NCBI GenBank assembly: GCA_016717225.1
Contig: JADKGB010000013.1
Location: forward strand, 34,144-98,143
DNA from: Flavobacteriales bacterium
GTDB taxonomy: Bacteria > Bacteroidota > Bacteroidia > Flavobacteriales_F > PHOS-HE28
DNA: 64,000 bases
Reading direction: 5' to 3'
Shown: in pieces, positions 40,297-51,321 of the stretch
Layout: every line of letters begins with the position of its first letter
Numbering within the stretch: position 1 is the stretch's first letter
Notes under the pieces: model-generated
Database searches by the model: none
Told to the model about the DNA's origin: nothing
The model's input: only the letters and a program-made list of their open reading frames with translations
Made by a program: the position numbers and the translations under genes

Positions 40297-41844
40297 ATGG
40301 ATATGAACATCATCACTGCACTGATCGGGGCCGTTGTGGGCCTTGTCGCCGGAGGAGGGATCGTTTACTTCCTCCTCAACAGCATTATGACCAAGCGCCG
40401 CAGCGCCATTTTGAAGGAGGCCGAAGCGGAGGGCGAGGCCCGAAAGAAAGAAAAGCTCGCTGAGGCCAAGGAAAAGTTCCTGCAGCTTCGCGAGGAGCAC
40501 GAGAACGAGGCACGCGAGAAAGAGAAACGCGCCAACCAGGCTCTCGAAAAAAGCAAACAGCGGGAGCAGCAATTGAGCCGTCAGCAGCAAGACCTGAGCA
40601 ACAAGGAACGCCAGCTGGATGGGCTGAAAAAGGACCTGGAAAGCAAACTTCAAGGGCTGGATCGCCGCCAAGAAGACGTGGATAAGAACCACGCCAAGCA
40701 AGTGGCTATGCTGGAGAAGATCGGCAACCTGAATGCCGAAGATGCCAAGAAGCAATTGATGGAGAACCTCCGCGATGAGGCGCGCACTGCGGCCATGTCG
40801 CACACCAAAGAAGTGACCGAGGAGGCCCGGCTCACCGCGAACGAGGAGGCCAAGCGCATCATCATCCAGACCATACAACGCACAGCTACAGAGCACGCCG
40901 TGGAGAATGCCGTGAGCGTTTTCCAGATCGAGAACGACGATGTGAAGGGCCGGATCATCGGGCGTGAGGGGAGGAATATTCGCACACTGGAAGAGGCCAC
41001 TGGGGTGGAGATCGTTGTGGACGACACACCGGGTGCCATCATTCTCAGCTGCTTCGACCCTGTTCGCCGTGAAATGGCACGTCTCGCTCTGCACCAATTG
41101 GTGAAGGATGGTCGTATTCACCCCGGTCGTATCGAAGAAGTGGTCGCCAAGACCAAGCGCCATCTGGAGGAAGAGATCGTGGAGATCGGTAAACGCACCT
41201 GCATTGACCTGGGCGTTCACGGCTTGCACGCCGAACTGATCAGGATGGTAGGCCGCATGCGTTACCGCAGCAGCTATGGTCAGAATCTCCTGCAGCACAG
41301 CCGCGAAGTGGCCAACCTGAGCGCCACCATGGCCGCCGAACTGGGCCTGAACGTGAAGGCCGCGAAACGCGCTGGCCTGCTCCACGACATCGGCAAGGTT
41401 CCCGATGAGTCTCCTGAGCTACCACATGCGATCCTGGGAATGCAGATCGCCGAGAAATACGGTGAGAAGCCGGATGTTCTCAATGCCATTGGTGCCCACC
41501 ACGATGAGATCGAAATGACGGGGCTGCTTAGCCCGATCATTCAAGCGTGCGATGCCATCAGTGGTGCGCGCCCTGGTGCCCGCCGTGAGGCCATGGAACA
41601 GTACATCCAGCGACTGAAGGACCTTGAGAATTTGGCGATGAGCTACTCAGGTGTGCAAAAGGCGTATGCGATCCAAGCTGGCCGAGAGCTGCGTGTAATG
41701 GTGGAAAGTGAACGCGTAACGGACGCCGAAGCGGATACGATCAGCATGAGCTTGGCCGAGCGCATCCAGAATGAAATGACCTACCCTGGCCAAGTGAAGA
41801 TCACCGTGATCAGGGAGCGAAGGAGTACGGCTGTAGCGAAGTAA
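40297..41844 (+). CDS. rny: ribonuclease Y
   Basis: N-terminal TM, coiled coil, KH domain ([15 protein letters not shown]) and HD domain (LLHDIGK). 515 aa. Confidence 0.95.
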   Translation: MDMNIITALIGAVVGLVAGGGIVYFLLNSIMTKRRSAILKEAEAEGEARKKEKLAEAKEKFLQLREEHENEAREKEKRANQALEKSKQREQQLSRQQQDLSNKERQLDGLKKDLESKLQGLDRRQEDVDKNHAKQVAMLEKIGNLNAEDAKKQLMENLRDEARTAAMSHTKEVTEEARLTANEEAKRIIIQTIQRTATEHAVENAVSVFQIENDDVKGRIIGREGRNIRTLEEATGVEIVVDDTPGAIILSCFDPVRREMARLALHQLVKDGRIHPGRIEEVVAKTKRHLEEEIVEIGKRTCIDLGVHGLHAELIRMVGRMRYRSSYGQNLLQHSREVANLSATMAAELGLNVKAAKRAGLLHDIGKVPDESPELPHAILGMQIAEKYGEKPDVLNAIGAHHDEIEMTGLLSPIIQACDAISGARPGARREAMEQYIQRLKDLENLAMSYSGVQKAYAIQAGRELRVMVESERVTDAEADTISMSLAERIQNEMTYPGQVKITVIRERRSTAVAK

Positions 41845-41889
41845 ACGCTCCGGTATTCATTCGCGGAAATATCAGGGATCCAACTGGCC

Positions 41890-42594
41890 ATGGGCACCGA
41901 AAAGCGCTTTATTGCCGGTGAGAAGCTTGATGTCTTCCAGTGGGATGTGCGCAATTGGTCTCGTGCTTTGCCGCTATGGAGGCGCCATTTGATCCATCCT
42001 CCAGGTAGTCTGGCTCTTGCCATTGGTGAGCGTGATGGAGGGTTGAGCTTGATGCTCGCGGAAGCAGGCTATCGGACCTCGTGCACAGATGTTCATCCGC
42101 CGAGCGACCGGGCTCACGAACTACACCGCGCCCATGGGGTGGACGCACTGGTCGAATACGAAGTTCAGGATGCGACCGCATTGACCTACGATGCCGATCG
42201 GTTCGATGTGGTTATTTTCAAGAGCGTGATCGGAGCCTTGGGTTCGAAGGACCGCCAACGCCAAGCCCTCCTTGAAATGCTGCGCGTTCTGAAACCTGGT
42301 GGTGTCCTTCTGTTCGCCGAGAACTTGAGCGCCACCATGTTCCACCGATGGCTTCGAACACGGTTCGTGGCTTGGAACTCGTATTGGCGATACCTCTCTT
42401 TCCCTGAAGACCTGGACCTCTTCAAGGGCTACGAGCGACTGGAAATAAAGACCTGTGGATTTGTGGCCAATTTGGGTCGAACTGAGCGTCAGCGCGACAT
42501 ACTGGCGAGCGCAGATGCTTTTCTCGCACCGATCGTGCCTTCAACTTGGAGGTACATCGCATACGGCGCTGCATTCAAGCCAGCGCACGACTGA
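41890..42594 (+). CDS. class I SAM-dependent methyltransferase
   Basis: 234 aa. Resembles class I SAM-dependent methyltransferases (e.g. ..VLKPGGVLLFAENL segment). Confidence 0.75.
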   Translation: MGTEKRFIAGEKLDVFQWDVRNWSRALPLWRRHLIHPPGSLALAIGERDGGLSLMLAEAGYRTSCTDVHPPSDRAHELHRAHGVDALVEYEVQDATALTYDADRFDVVIFKSVIGALGSKDRQRQALLEMLRVLKPGGVLLFAENLSATMFHRWLRTRFVAWNSYWRYLSFPEDLDLFKGYERLEIKTCGFVANLGRTERQRDILASADAFLAPIVPSTWRYIAYGAAFKPAHD

Positions 42595-42603
42595 ACTCTA
42601 CAT

Positions 42604-43587
42604 TTGGCGTCGATCATGTCATCATCGCTTGTTCTCGTTACCGGCGGCTCCGGCTTCATTGGCTCACATGTCTGTGATGCTCTGGTGGCCGGTGGTAATG
42701 AGGTTCGGTGTTTCGACAACCTTGCCACCAGCAAGCGGAGCAACATCGCTCATCTTGAAGGGAGATCCGGGTTCATGTTCGTTGAGGGGGATATCTGCAG
42801 GATCGAAGAACTGAAAGCAGCCATGAGCGGAGCATCTGCCGTGGTACACCTCGCAGCGTTGGGAAGCGTGCCCCGTAGCATCGCTGATCCCTTGCCCAGC
42901 GAGGCCGCCAATCTCGCTGGTTTCGTGAATCTATTGGAGGCTGCACGGCATACAGGTGTCAAACGCATCGTATACGCCAGCAGCAGTAGCGTTTATGGCG
43001 ATAGTGCCGAACTACCCAAGCGCGAAGGCACCGAAGGCCGGCCACTTTCACCGTACGCGGTTACCAAGTGCATGGACGAAGCGTATGCTCATTTGTACCA
43101 TCACATGCACGGCCTGCAATTGATCGGCCTGCGGTTCTTCAATGTCTTCGGCGAGCGCCAGGATCCTGAAGGCCCGTACGCCGCCGCGATCCCCAAGTTC
43201 ATCCGTGCCTTTTTGAAGCACGAATCCCCCGTTGTGAACGGTGACGGAGGCCAAACACGTGATTTTACTTACGTGGCTAACGCTGTTCACGCTGTTCTGT
43301 GCGGATTGGCGGCCAAGGATGATGCGGCCGGTGAAGTGTTCAACATCGCCTATGGCGATCGGTTTGATCTGCTTGGCGTGATCGGCCATTTGCGATCGCA
43401 CCTGGCGCGTATCGATCCGGAAATTGCGCATATAGGCGTGAAGCATGCTCCAGACCGCCCCGGAGATGTGCGCGATTCGCTTGCGGATGTGAGCAAAGCG
43501 AAGAAACTCTTGGGCTACGCCCCGAAATTTGACCTGAACGCAGGATTGGATCGAGCAGTGCCTTGGTATGCAGAGCACTGGCGTTGA
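42604..43587 (+). CDS. NAD-dependent epimerase/dehydratase (UDP-sugar 4-epimerase, WbpP/TviC-like)
   Basis: LVTGGSGFIGSH Rossmann motif and YAVTK catalytic motif. The WbpP/TviC-like subtype is tentative. Confidence 0.85.
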   Translation: MASIMSSSLVLVTGGSGFIGSHVCDALVAGGNEVRCFDNLATSKRSNIAHLEGRSGFMFVEGDICRIEELKAAMSGASAVVHLAALGSVPRSIADPLPSEAANLAGFVNLLEAARHTGVKRIVYASSSSVYGDSAELPKREGTEGRPLSPYAVTKCMDEAYAHLYHHMHGLQLIGLRFFNVFGERQDPEGPYAAAIPKFIRAFLKHESPVVNGDGGQTRDFTYVANAVHAVLCGLAAKDDAAGEVFNIAYGDRFDLLGVIGHLRSHLARIDPEIAHIGVKHAPDRPGDVRDSLADVSKAKKLLGYAPKFDLNAGLDRAVPWYAEHWR

Positions 43588-43611
43588 GTTCATGCTGCTT
43601 TCAAATCACGC

Positions 43612-45408
43612 ATGAGCCCACACGAGATCATTGTTCTGTGCACGGTGCTGGGTGCTTTGGTGCTCTTCATCAGTGAAAAGCTCGGCATTGATCTGGTAGC
43701 TCTTTTGATACTCATGGTTCTCGTTGGAACAGGCGTTATCACCCCCAAAGAGGCTCTTAATGGCTTTAGTGATCCAGCCACGATCACCGTGATGTTCATG
43801 TTCGTTCTTAGTTCAGCACTGCTGCGCACTGGAGCTGTTAGCACCATTGGCCCGAAGCTCTCTCGCATCTTTCGCGCCAACCCCGCGCGGGGGATGTTCG
43901 TATTCGCGCTCTGCATCGGTGGCGTCAGCGCCTTTGTGAACAACACACCTGTGGTCGCGCTGTTGTTGCCAGTGGTGGTGCAAATGGCTCACAGCAGCGG
44001 ACAAGCACCTAGCAAGCTCCTTATTCCCTTGAGCTACGCTACCATTTTCGGAGGTGTTGTCACCTTGCTTGGTACCAGTACCAATATTGTTGTTAGTGGT
44101 GTTCTTACTACACAAGGAAGGCCGGGGTTGGGTATGTTCGATCAAACGCCGTTGGGCCTGGTGTTCCTGGTTGCCGGTGTTTTGTACCTCACTTTCATCG
44201 GGCGGAAGTTGCTGCCCGATCGTAGGGCATCCAAGGATCTTGGCGACAAGTTCAGCATGCGCGGGTATGTGACGGAGATCCAGTTGTTGGCTGGCGCGCC
44301 TGCGGTTGGCCAGCGCATCATGGACAGCACGCTGGTGAAGGAACTCGACATGGATATCATCGAGATCAGACGTGCTGATCAGCGATTCACACTACCCAGT
44401 GGTGATCAGGTGCTTGAGGCCGGGGATGTGCTCAAAGTACGATGTGATCTGGCTCGGATCCGCGACTTGAAGGACCGTGCCCACATTACCATGGAGCCTG
44501 TTCTCACCTTGGCCAACGACGATCTGCGCAAGCGAGGCACAACACTGGTGGAACTGGTGATCACCGCCAGCAGCGATCTGGAAGGCAAGTTGCTCGGTGA
44601 GGCGGACCTCATCCGCAAGTACCGTGCTGTTCCGCTTGCGGTTCGGCATAGGGAGGATGTTGTTCACGAGCGACTGCACGACGTGGTGCTGCGCGCTGGT
44701 GATGTGATCCTGGCGGAAGTCCGCAGCCATTATGTGGCGACGCTCAAGAAGCTGGAAACCACCCAGGACAGCCCGTTCGTGATCCTTACCGAACAAGAAG
44801 GAGTGGCCATTTTCCAGCGAAAGCGGTTCGCCTTTGTCGCCTTGGTCCTGCTCGCCGTGGTGGTGCTTTCGAGCATGGAACTAGTACCCATCGCCATCGC
44901 CACACTGGGCGCGGTGGTGCTTCTGGCGGTTACGCGGCTGATGAAGATGAAAGATGTGTACGAAGCAGTCGAATGGCGCATCGTTTTTCTTCTCGCCGGA
45001 ACCCTTAGCTTGGGTGTGGCCATGGAAAAATGCGGGCTGGCCGATCGCCTCGCACATGGCCTCGTCGACGTGCTTGGTCCATTTGGCCCACGATGGGTGA
45101 TCTGCGGCCTCTATCTGGTAACGCTCATACTTACCGAATTGATGAGCAATACGGCGACAGCGGCCTTGGTAACACCTATCGCACTTGCAACTGCTGAAGC
45201 ATTGGGATTAAGTCCCATGCCGTTCATCATGACGGTCGTATTCGCCGCATCACTTGGCTTTATGACACCCTTTGGATACCAGACCAATGCTATGATCTAC
45301 GGTGCGGGGCAGTACAAAAGCGTCGATTTCTTGCGCGTCGGTGCACCGCTCAGCTTGATGTTCTGGATACTTGCCACGTGGCTCATCCCGGTCTTCTACC
45401 CGCTCTGA
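43612..45408 (+). CDS. SLC13/DASS family permease with two central TrkA-C domains
   Basis: 598 aa. CitT-like TM repeats flank two TrkA_C-like soluble domains. Confidence 0.85.
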   Translation: MSPHEIIVLCTVLGALVLFISEKLGIDLVALLILMVLVGTGVITPKEALNGFSDPATITVMFMFVLSSALLRTGAVSTIGPKLSRIFRANPARGMFVFALCIGGVSAFVNNTPVVALLLPVVVQMAHSSGQAPSKLLIPLSYATIFGGVVTLLGTSTNIVVSGVLTTQGRPGLGMFDQTPLGLVFLVAGVLYLTFIGRKLLPDRRASKDLGDKFSMRGYVTEIQLLAGAPAVGQRIMDSTLVKELDMDIIEIRRADQRFTLPSGDQVLEAGDVLKVRCDLARIRDLKDRAHITMEPVLTLANDDLRKRGTTLVELVITASSDLEGKLLGEADLIRKYRAVPLAVRHREDVVHERLHDVVLRAGDVILAEVRSHYVATLKKLETTQDSPFVILTEQEGVAIFQRKRFAFVALVLLAVVVLSSMELVPIAIATLGAVVLLAVTRLMKMKDVYEAVEWRIVFLLAGTLSLGVAMEKCGLADRLAHGLVDVLGPFGPRWVICGLYLVTLILTELMSNTATAALVTPIALATAEALGLSPMPFIMTVVFAASLGFMTPFGYQTNAMIYGAGQYKSVDFLRVGAPLSLMFWILATWLIPVFYPL

Positions 45409-45428
45409 GGAAGGTCGCAGGCCGATGC

Positions 45429-46223
45429 TCAGCGCAGAACAGCCAGGAAATTCGTCGTGCGGAACTGCTCATGGGTCTCGTAGTAGTGCTCCAACCTGAA
45501 CAGATAACCGGACGGTGTGATCCTGTACAAGTCCATGCCCAGTGGCTCGAAGAAGTACCAGAAATCGCGGAAGTAGGTGTGCGTGTCGATGTTGGCCCCG
45601 CCGAATTCCAACGTGATCATGCCTATCGCCTTTTTGGCGAACATGCCTTTCGCGCCCTTGAAGCAGTCGAGTTCGTGGCCTTCGATGTCCACTTTCAGCA
45701 AGTCGATGCGATCTATACCCTTGGCCGCGCAATAGTTGTCTACAGTATCGATCACCACGGTTTCGCTGCCCTCGTAATTCATTCCGAAGTGGTCGAGGTT
45801 GCGTTTGGTCAGGCTGGCGATCTCGCTACCCGCATGGTCGTAATGCAGAACAGCCTCACTCTTCTCCGCGCCCAGCCCGATATTGTTCAAGTGGACCTTC
45901 GCTTTACCAGCCGCGGTCTTTGCCAGATGCTCGAATGTCTGTTTACCGGGTTCGAAACAATGCACTTCAACATCCTGGCCTTGCATTTGCGCAAGGGCCA
46001 TTGTGAGGAACTGCCCGCGGTTGCTGCCCACGTCGAAGATCCTGTACGGTCCTTTCGATCGCTTCTTCAGATGTTCCAGGATCACTGTTTCGCCGCTGGC
46101 GGAGACTCCAGCTCCTGAGCCGATGCCCATGAGTTCTTGTGCTATTTGCACGTTCTTCTGCAGCAAGCGTTGGGCGAAACGGCTGGCGGTGAGATCAGCA
46201 AGGACCCTCATCAGTACGGACAT
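45429..46223 (-). CDS. FkbM family methyltransferase
   Basis: IFDVGSNRGQF... and ..EFGGANID.. resemble the FkbM family. Confidence 0.8.
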   Translation of the reverse strand: MSVLMRVLADLTASRFAQRLLQKNVQIAQELMGIGSGAGVSASGETVILEHLKKRSKGPYRIFDVGSNRGQFLTMALAQMQGQDVEVHCFEPGKQTFEHLAKTAAGKAKVHLNNIGLGAEKSEAVLHYDHAGSEIASLTKRNLDHFGMNYEGSETVVIDTVDNYCAAKGIDRIDLLKVDIEGHELDCFKGAKGMFAKKAIGMITLEFGGANIDTHTYFRDFWYFFEPLGMDLYRITPSGYLFRLEHYYETHEQFRTTNFLAVLR

Positions 46224-46491
46224 GAATGAACCGGTTTCGTTAAGTGAACGGGCTTTTACGGGCTTCGCTGCTATTAGTTAAGGTCGAAAGTAGCGGTGTA
46301 CATATCCACCTGTTCGGATAGCACTACTCGTTCTCCACAATGAGCCATGGGTTCCGCTACTTCCAGATGCTCGATCCGTATTGCCCATGCATCATCTGGT
46401 CGAGGCGTTGATACACATTGCAGCCAACGACTCTGCAGGGATCCCGTGAAATTGGGATCGCGGTTGGTGATCTTGTTCTCGCTCCGCCTCG

Positions 46492-47406
46492 CTATATCCC
46501 TGACGCGAATGACCAATTTCGAATACTGCGGTCGTCGCTGGCCGTAAGCAAACAACCATCAGCGCACCAAAGCACGTCGTTCACGCTGTGCGTGTGCCCT
46601 CCATTTTTCAGGTCGATGCGGTCCAACTGGTCAAAGGTCTTCGCATCCCAGATCTTCACGGTCTTGTCGCGGCTTGCGGTTGCGCAGAGTGAACCATCGG
46701 GGTTGAAGGCGATGCCGTAGATATTCGCACGATGAGCAGGGATGGCCTGTATCGCTTTGAAGTTCGAGGAGGTCCGCCAGAAGCGCAGTTGGCCATCGCG
46801 GCCTCCTGAAATGAGCACCGGTTTTTTCGGATGCCAGCAAACACTGGCCGCGCCGGTCTTATGGCCTGTGAGCCTATGGATTTCGTTCATGTCCGTGGTC
46901 TCGAGCACACGGATGGATCCATCCAAAGACGCTACGGCCAGCATTGAACCATCAGGACTGATCGACATTCCGCGGATCTTCTCCTCGCTGAGCGGGATCT
47001 GCCGTTCGAGTTCCATCGAGGGTACCTTCCACACACTGATCGTTCCATCACCACCAGAACAAATGATGCGCTCGTTCCCGAACGGAATGATCCGGAAAAT
47101 GCCTCGTTTGTGCGCTTGCAGCAACCTGACCTCTTCGCGCTCCACAAGGTCGATCACATGCAACCCACCTTCGCTGTTCCCGATGAACAGGAGTTTGCGT
47201 TCCTGATCATGGTGAATGGTGTAGATCGACTTCAGCGCATCGGCGATCAACTCGCCTGCATCCGGCGTACGCGTATCCCACCGCACAACACGGCCATCGC
47301 CACTCGCACTGAAGAAGAGGTTCGGGTGGGCGGTGCCCGCTATTGCATGAACCGCACCCCGGTGGCCAACGAAGATCGATCTCCGTTCAAAAGCTGTATT
47401 CTTCAT
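46492..47406 (-). CDS. WD40 repeat-containing protein
   Basis: Seven repeats with GH...WD-like units across the whole 304 aa. Confidence 0.8.
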   Translation of the reverse strand: MKNTAFERRSIFVGHRGAVHAIAGTAHPNLFFSASGDGRVVRWDTRTPDAGELIADALKSIYTIHHDQERKLLFIGNSEGGLHVIDLVEREEVRLLQAHKRGIFRIIPFGNERIICSGGDGTISVWKVPSMELERQIPLSEEKIRGMSISPDGSMLAVASLDGSIRVLETTDMNEIHRLTGHKTGAASVCWHPKKPVLISGGRDGQLRFWRTSSNFKAIQAIPAHRANIYGIAFNPDGSLCATASRDKTVKIWDAKTFDQLDRIDLKNGGHTHSVNDVLWCADGCLLTASDDRSIRNWSFASGI

Positions 47407-47505
47407 TCGTCCGCTTAATGCGAAAAGAACGCTGCATCGTGCGCTCTTCGCATGATCAGGCGCGAAGACGTAATGTTCGAAAATGGTTGCGTCGAATGCT
47501 GTTGA

Positions 47506-48147
47506 TCAGACCAACCGATCGACTTGTGCGGCTGCCTTGCGCTTCTGGTCCGGAGGCATAGTGCCGAAGATGTAGTCCCAGAACGGGCTGCTTACGCCAA
47601 AAGCACCATCATCACCAACGAAATGGTGCAGGTTGTGGTGTTTCCAGATCAGGGAGAGGAAGTTCTTGGGTGGCTTGTACATGTGTATGGCGTAGTGTGC
47701 CGCCAAGTAGGTGCTGTATCCGAAGAGAAATCCGCCCCCGAAGGCATATCCGAATTCGCCCATTACCAAACGGAACAAAGCGATGAAGAGCACCGCCAAC
47801 ACCAAACTGACAATAGGCGGCAGGGCTAACCGGGACTTGTCTCGCGGGTGGTCATGGTGTACCCCATGTATGGTGTACTGGAATTTCTTGCGCTTTTCCG
47901 TGGGAGCAGGGATGTGATACAGGTATCGATGCATCACGTACTCTATAAGTGTGAAGAACACCGCTCCAACGAGGAAAAAAACAGCTGCACTTGTCCAACT
48001 CACGTCCAAAACGGCTATCGAGTACCACAATGTGATCACTCCTGCGCTCCAGAACAGCGTTAACGGCACTGCAATGTGCGTTTTGGTGAGCGCCTCGAGG
48101 ACAGGATTTTCGAAGATCTTTCCAGGACCGGGTTTGGGAGTCGCCAT
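47506..48147 (-). CDS. fatty acid hydroxylase superfamily (sterol desaturase-like) membrane protein
   Basis: His boxes HRYLYH, HGVHHDHP and HNLHH. Confidence 0.75.
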   Translation of the reverse strand: MATPKPGPGKIFENPVLEALTKTHIAVPLTLFWSAGVITLWYSIAVLDVSWTSAAVFFLVGAVFFTLIEYVMHRYLYHIPAPTEKRKKFQYTIHGVHHDHPRDKSRLALPPIVSLVLAVLFIALFRLVMGEFGYAFGGGFLFGYSTYLAAHYAIHMYKPPKNFLSLIWKHHNLHHFVGDDGAFGVSSPFWDYIFGTMPPDQKRKAAAQVDRLV

Positions 48148-48171
48148 GATTTTGCCTTAGCGGCGGCGAAT

Positions 48172-50421
48172 TTAGTTACCAGTTGGCCGCACTTTGCTGC
48201 CGATCGTCAGTCTTAGTCCACCGAATACACTTCTGCCGGGTGCCGGGTTGTAATAACGCCCACCAGGATCATTGACCTGGATCCAGCTGGTGTACTTCTG
48301 GTCCAAGAGGTTTTCCACGTGAACGAAGAAGAGTGGGGCTGTGGTTGTTCGTCCCAACCGCATGCTTAGGCGAACATGGAAAACACTTGAGCCTGAAACC
48401 GAGGCGTCCAGGTTTTTGGAAGCACGTGCAGAACTCCGGCCCTGCCAGCCAATTTCCAAAGCACTTCCACGGTTGTGCACGATCCGGGTCAACAGCGAAG
48501 CTGCCAGATCCGGAATACCGGGAGCGCGGTACTCAATTCCATCGGCCGTGGAGACGGAATTTACTTGTGCACTGGCAGAGCCTGTTCCAAATAGGGTCCA
48601 GGCATTTTTTGGCGATGAGTTCGCCTCAACGGTGACTTCCACTCCGCGTTGCTGGGCACGGCCTTCATTCCGATAGATCGTGCTCTCAGTTGTTTGAACG
48701 GCGGTGATCGGAAGCTCCGATCGACGGGTGTACCAGTTCAGTGAAATGCGCGCTGGCGTGGTGTCGGATCCCCAGTGGATCCCCGCTTCCAGTTCATTTA
48801 TCAGCTCAGGATCCAAGTCTGTATTGAACACGCCCGTGGAACCGAGCAATTCTGAAATGGTTGGGCGGTTCACACTCTCCGCATAACGCACATGGGCCTT
48901 GATGCCGCGGACCACCAGATACTCCAACCCAAGCATTGGAGTTGGCCTGGCGTTCGTTTTTGCATTCTGCTCAGTGGCAACAAGAAGATCGTTGTGGCGG
49001 TACGCTGTTCGCTCCAAACCAAGACCGACCAGAAGGAAAATACGCTTGCTCACTTTCGTGGTCGTTAGCGCGAACGCGTTCAAATTTCCAACCCGGGAAT
49101 CGCCTTTTGTCTTCACGTCGCCGTACACGGCATTCGCATAGGTGTTCTCCTGAAGCTGGTCCCTTTCCAGCAAGGCTTCCACGCCGAATTCCCATGAGAT
49201 CGGCAACTTTACCAGCGCGTGATCCCCACTGATCGAGAGCCTGGCCCCGGCGGCGCGAATGGTTTCCACCTTGTAGCCGGATAGTGCAGCCGTTGTACCG
49301 AACGGGTTCTTCTTGTCGATCAGCTGCGCGTGTACGCCGCTGCGAATGCGGATGCTCTTGCCCATGGCCAGTTCGGTGGCAATGCCGCCCATGATCTGTT
49401 GCTTTTCGATGCGCGCATCGATCAATTTGGAGTATGGCCTTGCACTTCGCGGGTCATTCGCCGCGGTCAGGCTGTCAATGCTGCCCGGAAGCGCCCAAGA
49501 GGCGTTCTGCCAAGTGAGAAAAACCTGGGTGATCCCCCGTTTATGCAGAAACCGGGATGTTGCGAACGCCTGATCATGTGCATTCCATTCCTGCGCCCGG
49601 TATCCGTCGTTCCGCTGGCGGACCACACCAACTGTAATGGCATTTTTTCCTTCGGAGCTGCGGGCCAACGCACCTGCGCGGAAGTAGCCGTAAGAACCGG
49701 CTATTCCCTCGATAAGCAAGTCCCGGCCCAATGCGTTCCTGAACGGTGCTGTTGTCAGCAACATGCCACTGGGTGCGCTCCCGAAAACAGGGCTCCCAAT
49801 ACTCCGCACAATGTCCACGGATCCTACAAGGAGCGGATCCAGTATTTCCAAGGGTGTGCTGCCATCCGCAAGCGTTAGCGGGAACGGTCCCCAATACACT
49901 TTCACGCCGCGCACGCCAAAAGTCGATCGGATCAAACTGCCCCGGATGCTTAATCGCTGTGACCCCCCGTTGCCGCGCTGATCCCATTGCACGCCCGGTG
50001 CCGTTTGCGCAGCATTGCGCAGTGACGATCGCTCGTAGCCCGCGAGCAAAGTGCTGTCAACAGAATAATTCGCGGCCAACGCCTGCCTGTCCTGCTTTCT
50101 GGGCCATGGCTCCACCGTGATCGTCGGCAATTCGTTCGAGACGCGGGTCAATTGCAACTGCCCCATCAGTTCCGCCTCGGCAAACGACATCGATAGAGCC
50201 ATATGTCCTAGCGCCCTCACTTCGAAACGTGCGCAACTTTTAGCCAGACAGATGCGCCCGTTCCTGTCACTGATCGCACCAAGCGTTCCATCGGTACACA
50301 ACACTGTGCAACCAACGATGGGCTTTTGGTCTTCGGCATCCACCACTATGAAACACGACTGGCCCCTACCAAGTGTGGTAAAGGCCAGCGCGCAACAAAG
50401 GATCGTACTGCGCAGGATCAC
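48172..50421 (-). CDS. TonB-dependent receptor (intact)
   Basis: 749 aa. Signal peptide, CarboxypepD_reg-like N-terminus, plug, barrel and an aromatic C-terminus. Confidence 0.85.
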   Translation of the reverse strand: MILRSTILCCALAFTTLGRGQSCFIVVDAEDQKPIVGCTVLCTDGTLGAISDRNGRICLAKSCARFEVRALGHMALSMSFAEAELMGQLQLTRVSNELPTITVEPWPRKQDRQALAANYSVDSTLLAGYERSSLRNAAQTAPGVQWDQRGNGGSQRLSIRGSLIRSTFGVRGVKVYWGPFPLTLADGSTPLEILDPLLVGSVDIVRSIGSPVFGSAPSGMLLTTAPFRNALGRDLLIEGIAGSYGYFRAGALARSSEGKNAITVGVVRQRNDGYRAQEWNAHDQAFATSRFLHKRGITQVFLTWQNASWALPGSIDSLTAANDPRSARPYSKLIDARIEKQQIMGGIATELAMGKSIRIRSGVHAQLIDKKNPFGTTAALSGYKVETIRAAGARLSISGDHALVKLPISWEFGVEALLERDQLQENTYANAVYGDVKTKGDSRVGNLNAFALTTTKVSKRIFLLVGLGLERTAYRHNDLLVATEQNAKTNARPTPMLGLEYLVVRGIKAHVRYAESVNRPTISELLGSTGVFNTDLDPELINELEAGIHWGSDTTPARISLNWYTRRSELPITAVQTTESTIYRNEGRAQQRGVEVTVEANSSPKNAWTLFGTGSASAQVNSVSTADGIEYRAPGIPDLAASLLTRIVHNRGSALEIGWQGRSSARASKNLDASVSGSSVFHVRLSMRLGRTTTAPLFFVHVENLLDQKYTSWIQVNDPGGRYYNPAPGRSVFGGLRLTIGSKVRPTGN

Positions 50422-50483
50422 GGGCCGAAAGTATTCCGCCGCCTTTCCACTCGCCCCTTGCCCCTTAACAGCTTACTTCTTCC

Positions 50484-50978
50484 TCACTTCTTCTTGAAGT
50501 CCAGCGAGACCGAGTTCATGCAATACCGCATGCCGGTTGGCTTCGGGCCATCATCGAACACATGCCCCAAGTGCCCGCCGCATCGGCTGCACACCACTTC
50601 GGTGCGCGTCATGCCAAAAGCTCCGTCGGTATGTTCGGCAACGGCCGTTTTTTCGATGGGCTGATAAAAGCTGGGCCAACCGGTTCCACTATCGAACTTG
50701 GTATCGCTACTGAACAACTCTTGACCACAAGCCGCACATAAGTACATCCCTTGCTCATGGTTGTCCACGTATTTGCCAGAAAAGGCCCGCTCGGTGCCTT
50801 GCTTGCGCAACACATCGAACTGTTCAGGCGTCAATTGCTTCTTCCACTCGTCGTCGCTTTTCATTACGGTATAGGTTGGGGCTTGCTGCGTTGTTTTGCT
50901 GGGCTTGGGCGTTTGGCCGCAGGCTTGGGTGAAGGTAGCTGCTGCCAGTGCCAGGATCCAGAATGGCTTGTTGTTCAT
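50484..50978 (-). CDS. msrB: peptide-methionine (R)-S-oxide reductase MsrB (lipoprotein)
   Basis: [20 protein letters not shown] lipobox. CxxC...CxxC zinc motifs and GWPSF/RYCMNS catalytic motifs. The ORF-track poly-Gly N-terminal extension is translation of the poly-C tract. Confidence 0.9.
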   Translation of the reverse strand: MNNKPFWILALAAATFTQACGQTPKPSKTTQQAPTYTVMKSDDEWKKQLTPEQFDVLRKQGTERAFSGKYVDNHEQGMYLCAACGQELFSSDTKFDSGTGWPSFYQPIEKTAVAEHTDGAFGMTRTEVVCSRCGGHLGHVFDDGPKPTGMRYCMNSVSLDFKKK

Positions 50979-50985
50979 GGGGCAA

Positions 50986-51036
50986 CCCCCCCCCCCCCCC
51001 CCCCCCCCCCCCGCCCCCCCCCCCCCCCCCCCCCCC
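50986..51036. repeat. 51 nt homopolymer tract C27-G-C23 (poly-G on the msrB coding strand), 8 nt upstream of the msrB ATG
   Basis: Read directly: C run 50986..51012, G at 51013, C run 51014..51036. Confidence 0.9.
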
Positions 51037-51168
51037 GGAGCATCGGGTGGCATATGCATGAACACGTGTCGTAGGGAAGACGTTCACTCGGACATACGAT
51101 GGTTGCCAGGTCTTGGATCACATTAGCCCTTCACTCTTACATTCGCAGCCCTTTCCACAGAACCCACC

Positions 51169-51245
51169 GGACATTTAGCTCAGCTGGTTCAGAGCACTAC
51201 TTTGACAGAGTAGGGGTCACTGGTTCGAATCCAGTAATGTCCACC
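51169..51245 (+). tRNA. tRNA-Val (anticodon GAC)
   Basis: Cloverleaf: acceptor GGACATT/AATGTCC. D arm GCTC..GAGC. Anticodon stem CTACT/AGTAG with loop TTGACAG. T arm ACTGG-TTCGAAT-CCAGT. Discriminator A. CCA not encoded. Confidence 0.9.
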
Positions 51246-51321
51246 CGTTTTCGCCAGTGACGATTTTAACGAGCGCGTTGGTTGATCTCGCCGAAACGAA
51301 ATCGCCTCGCTTCAACTTATC

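Noticed and set aside
50979-51065. Poly-Gly N-terminal extension of MsrB suggested by the ORF track
   Set aside because: It is translation of the poly-C tract. A lipoprotein signal peptide begins at the internal MNNKPF, which is the plausible start.
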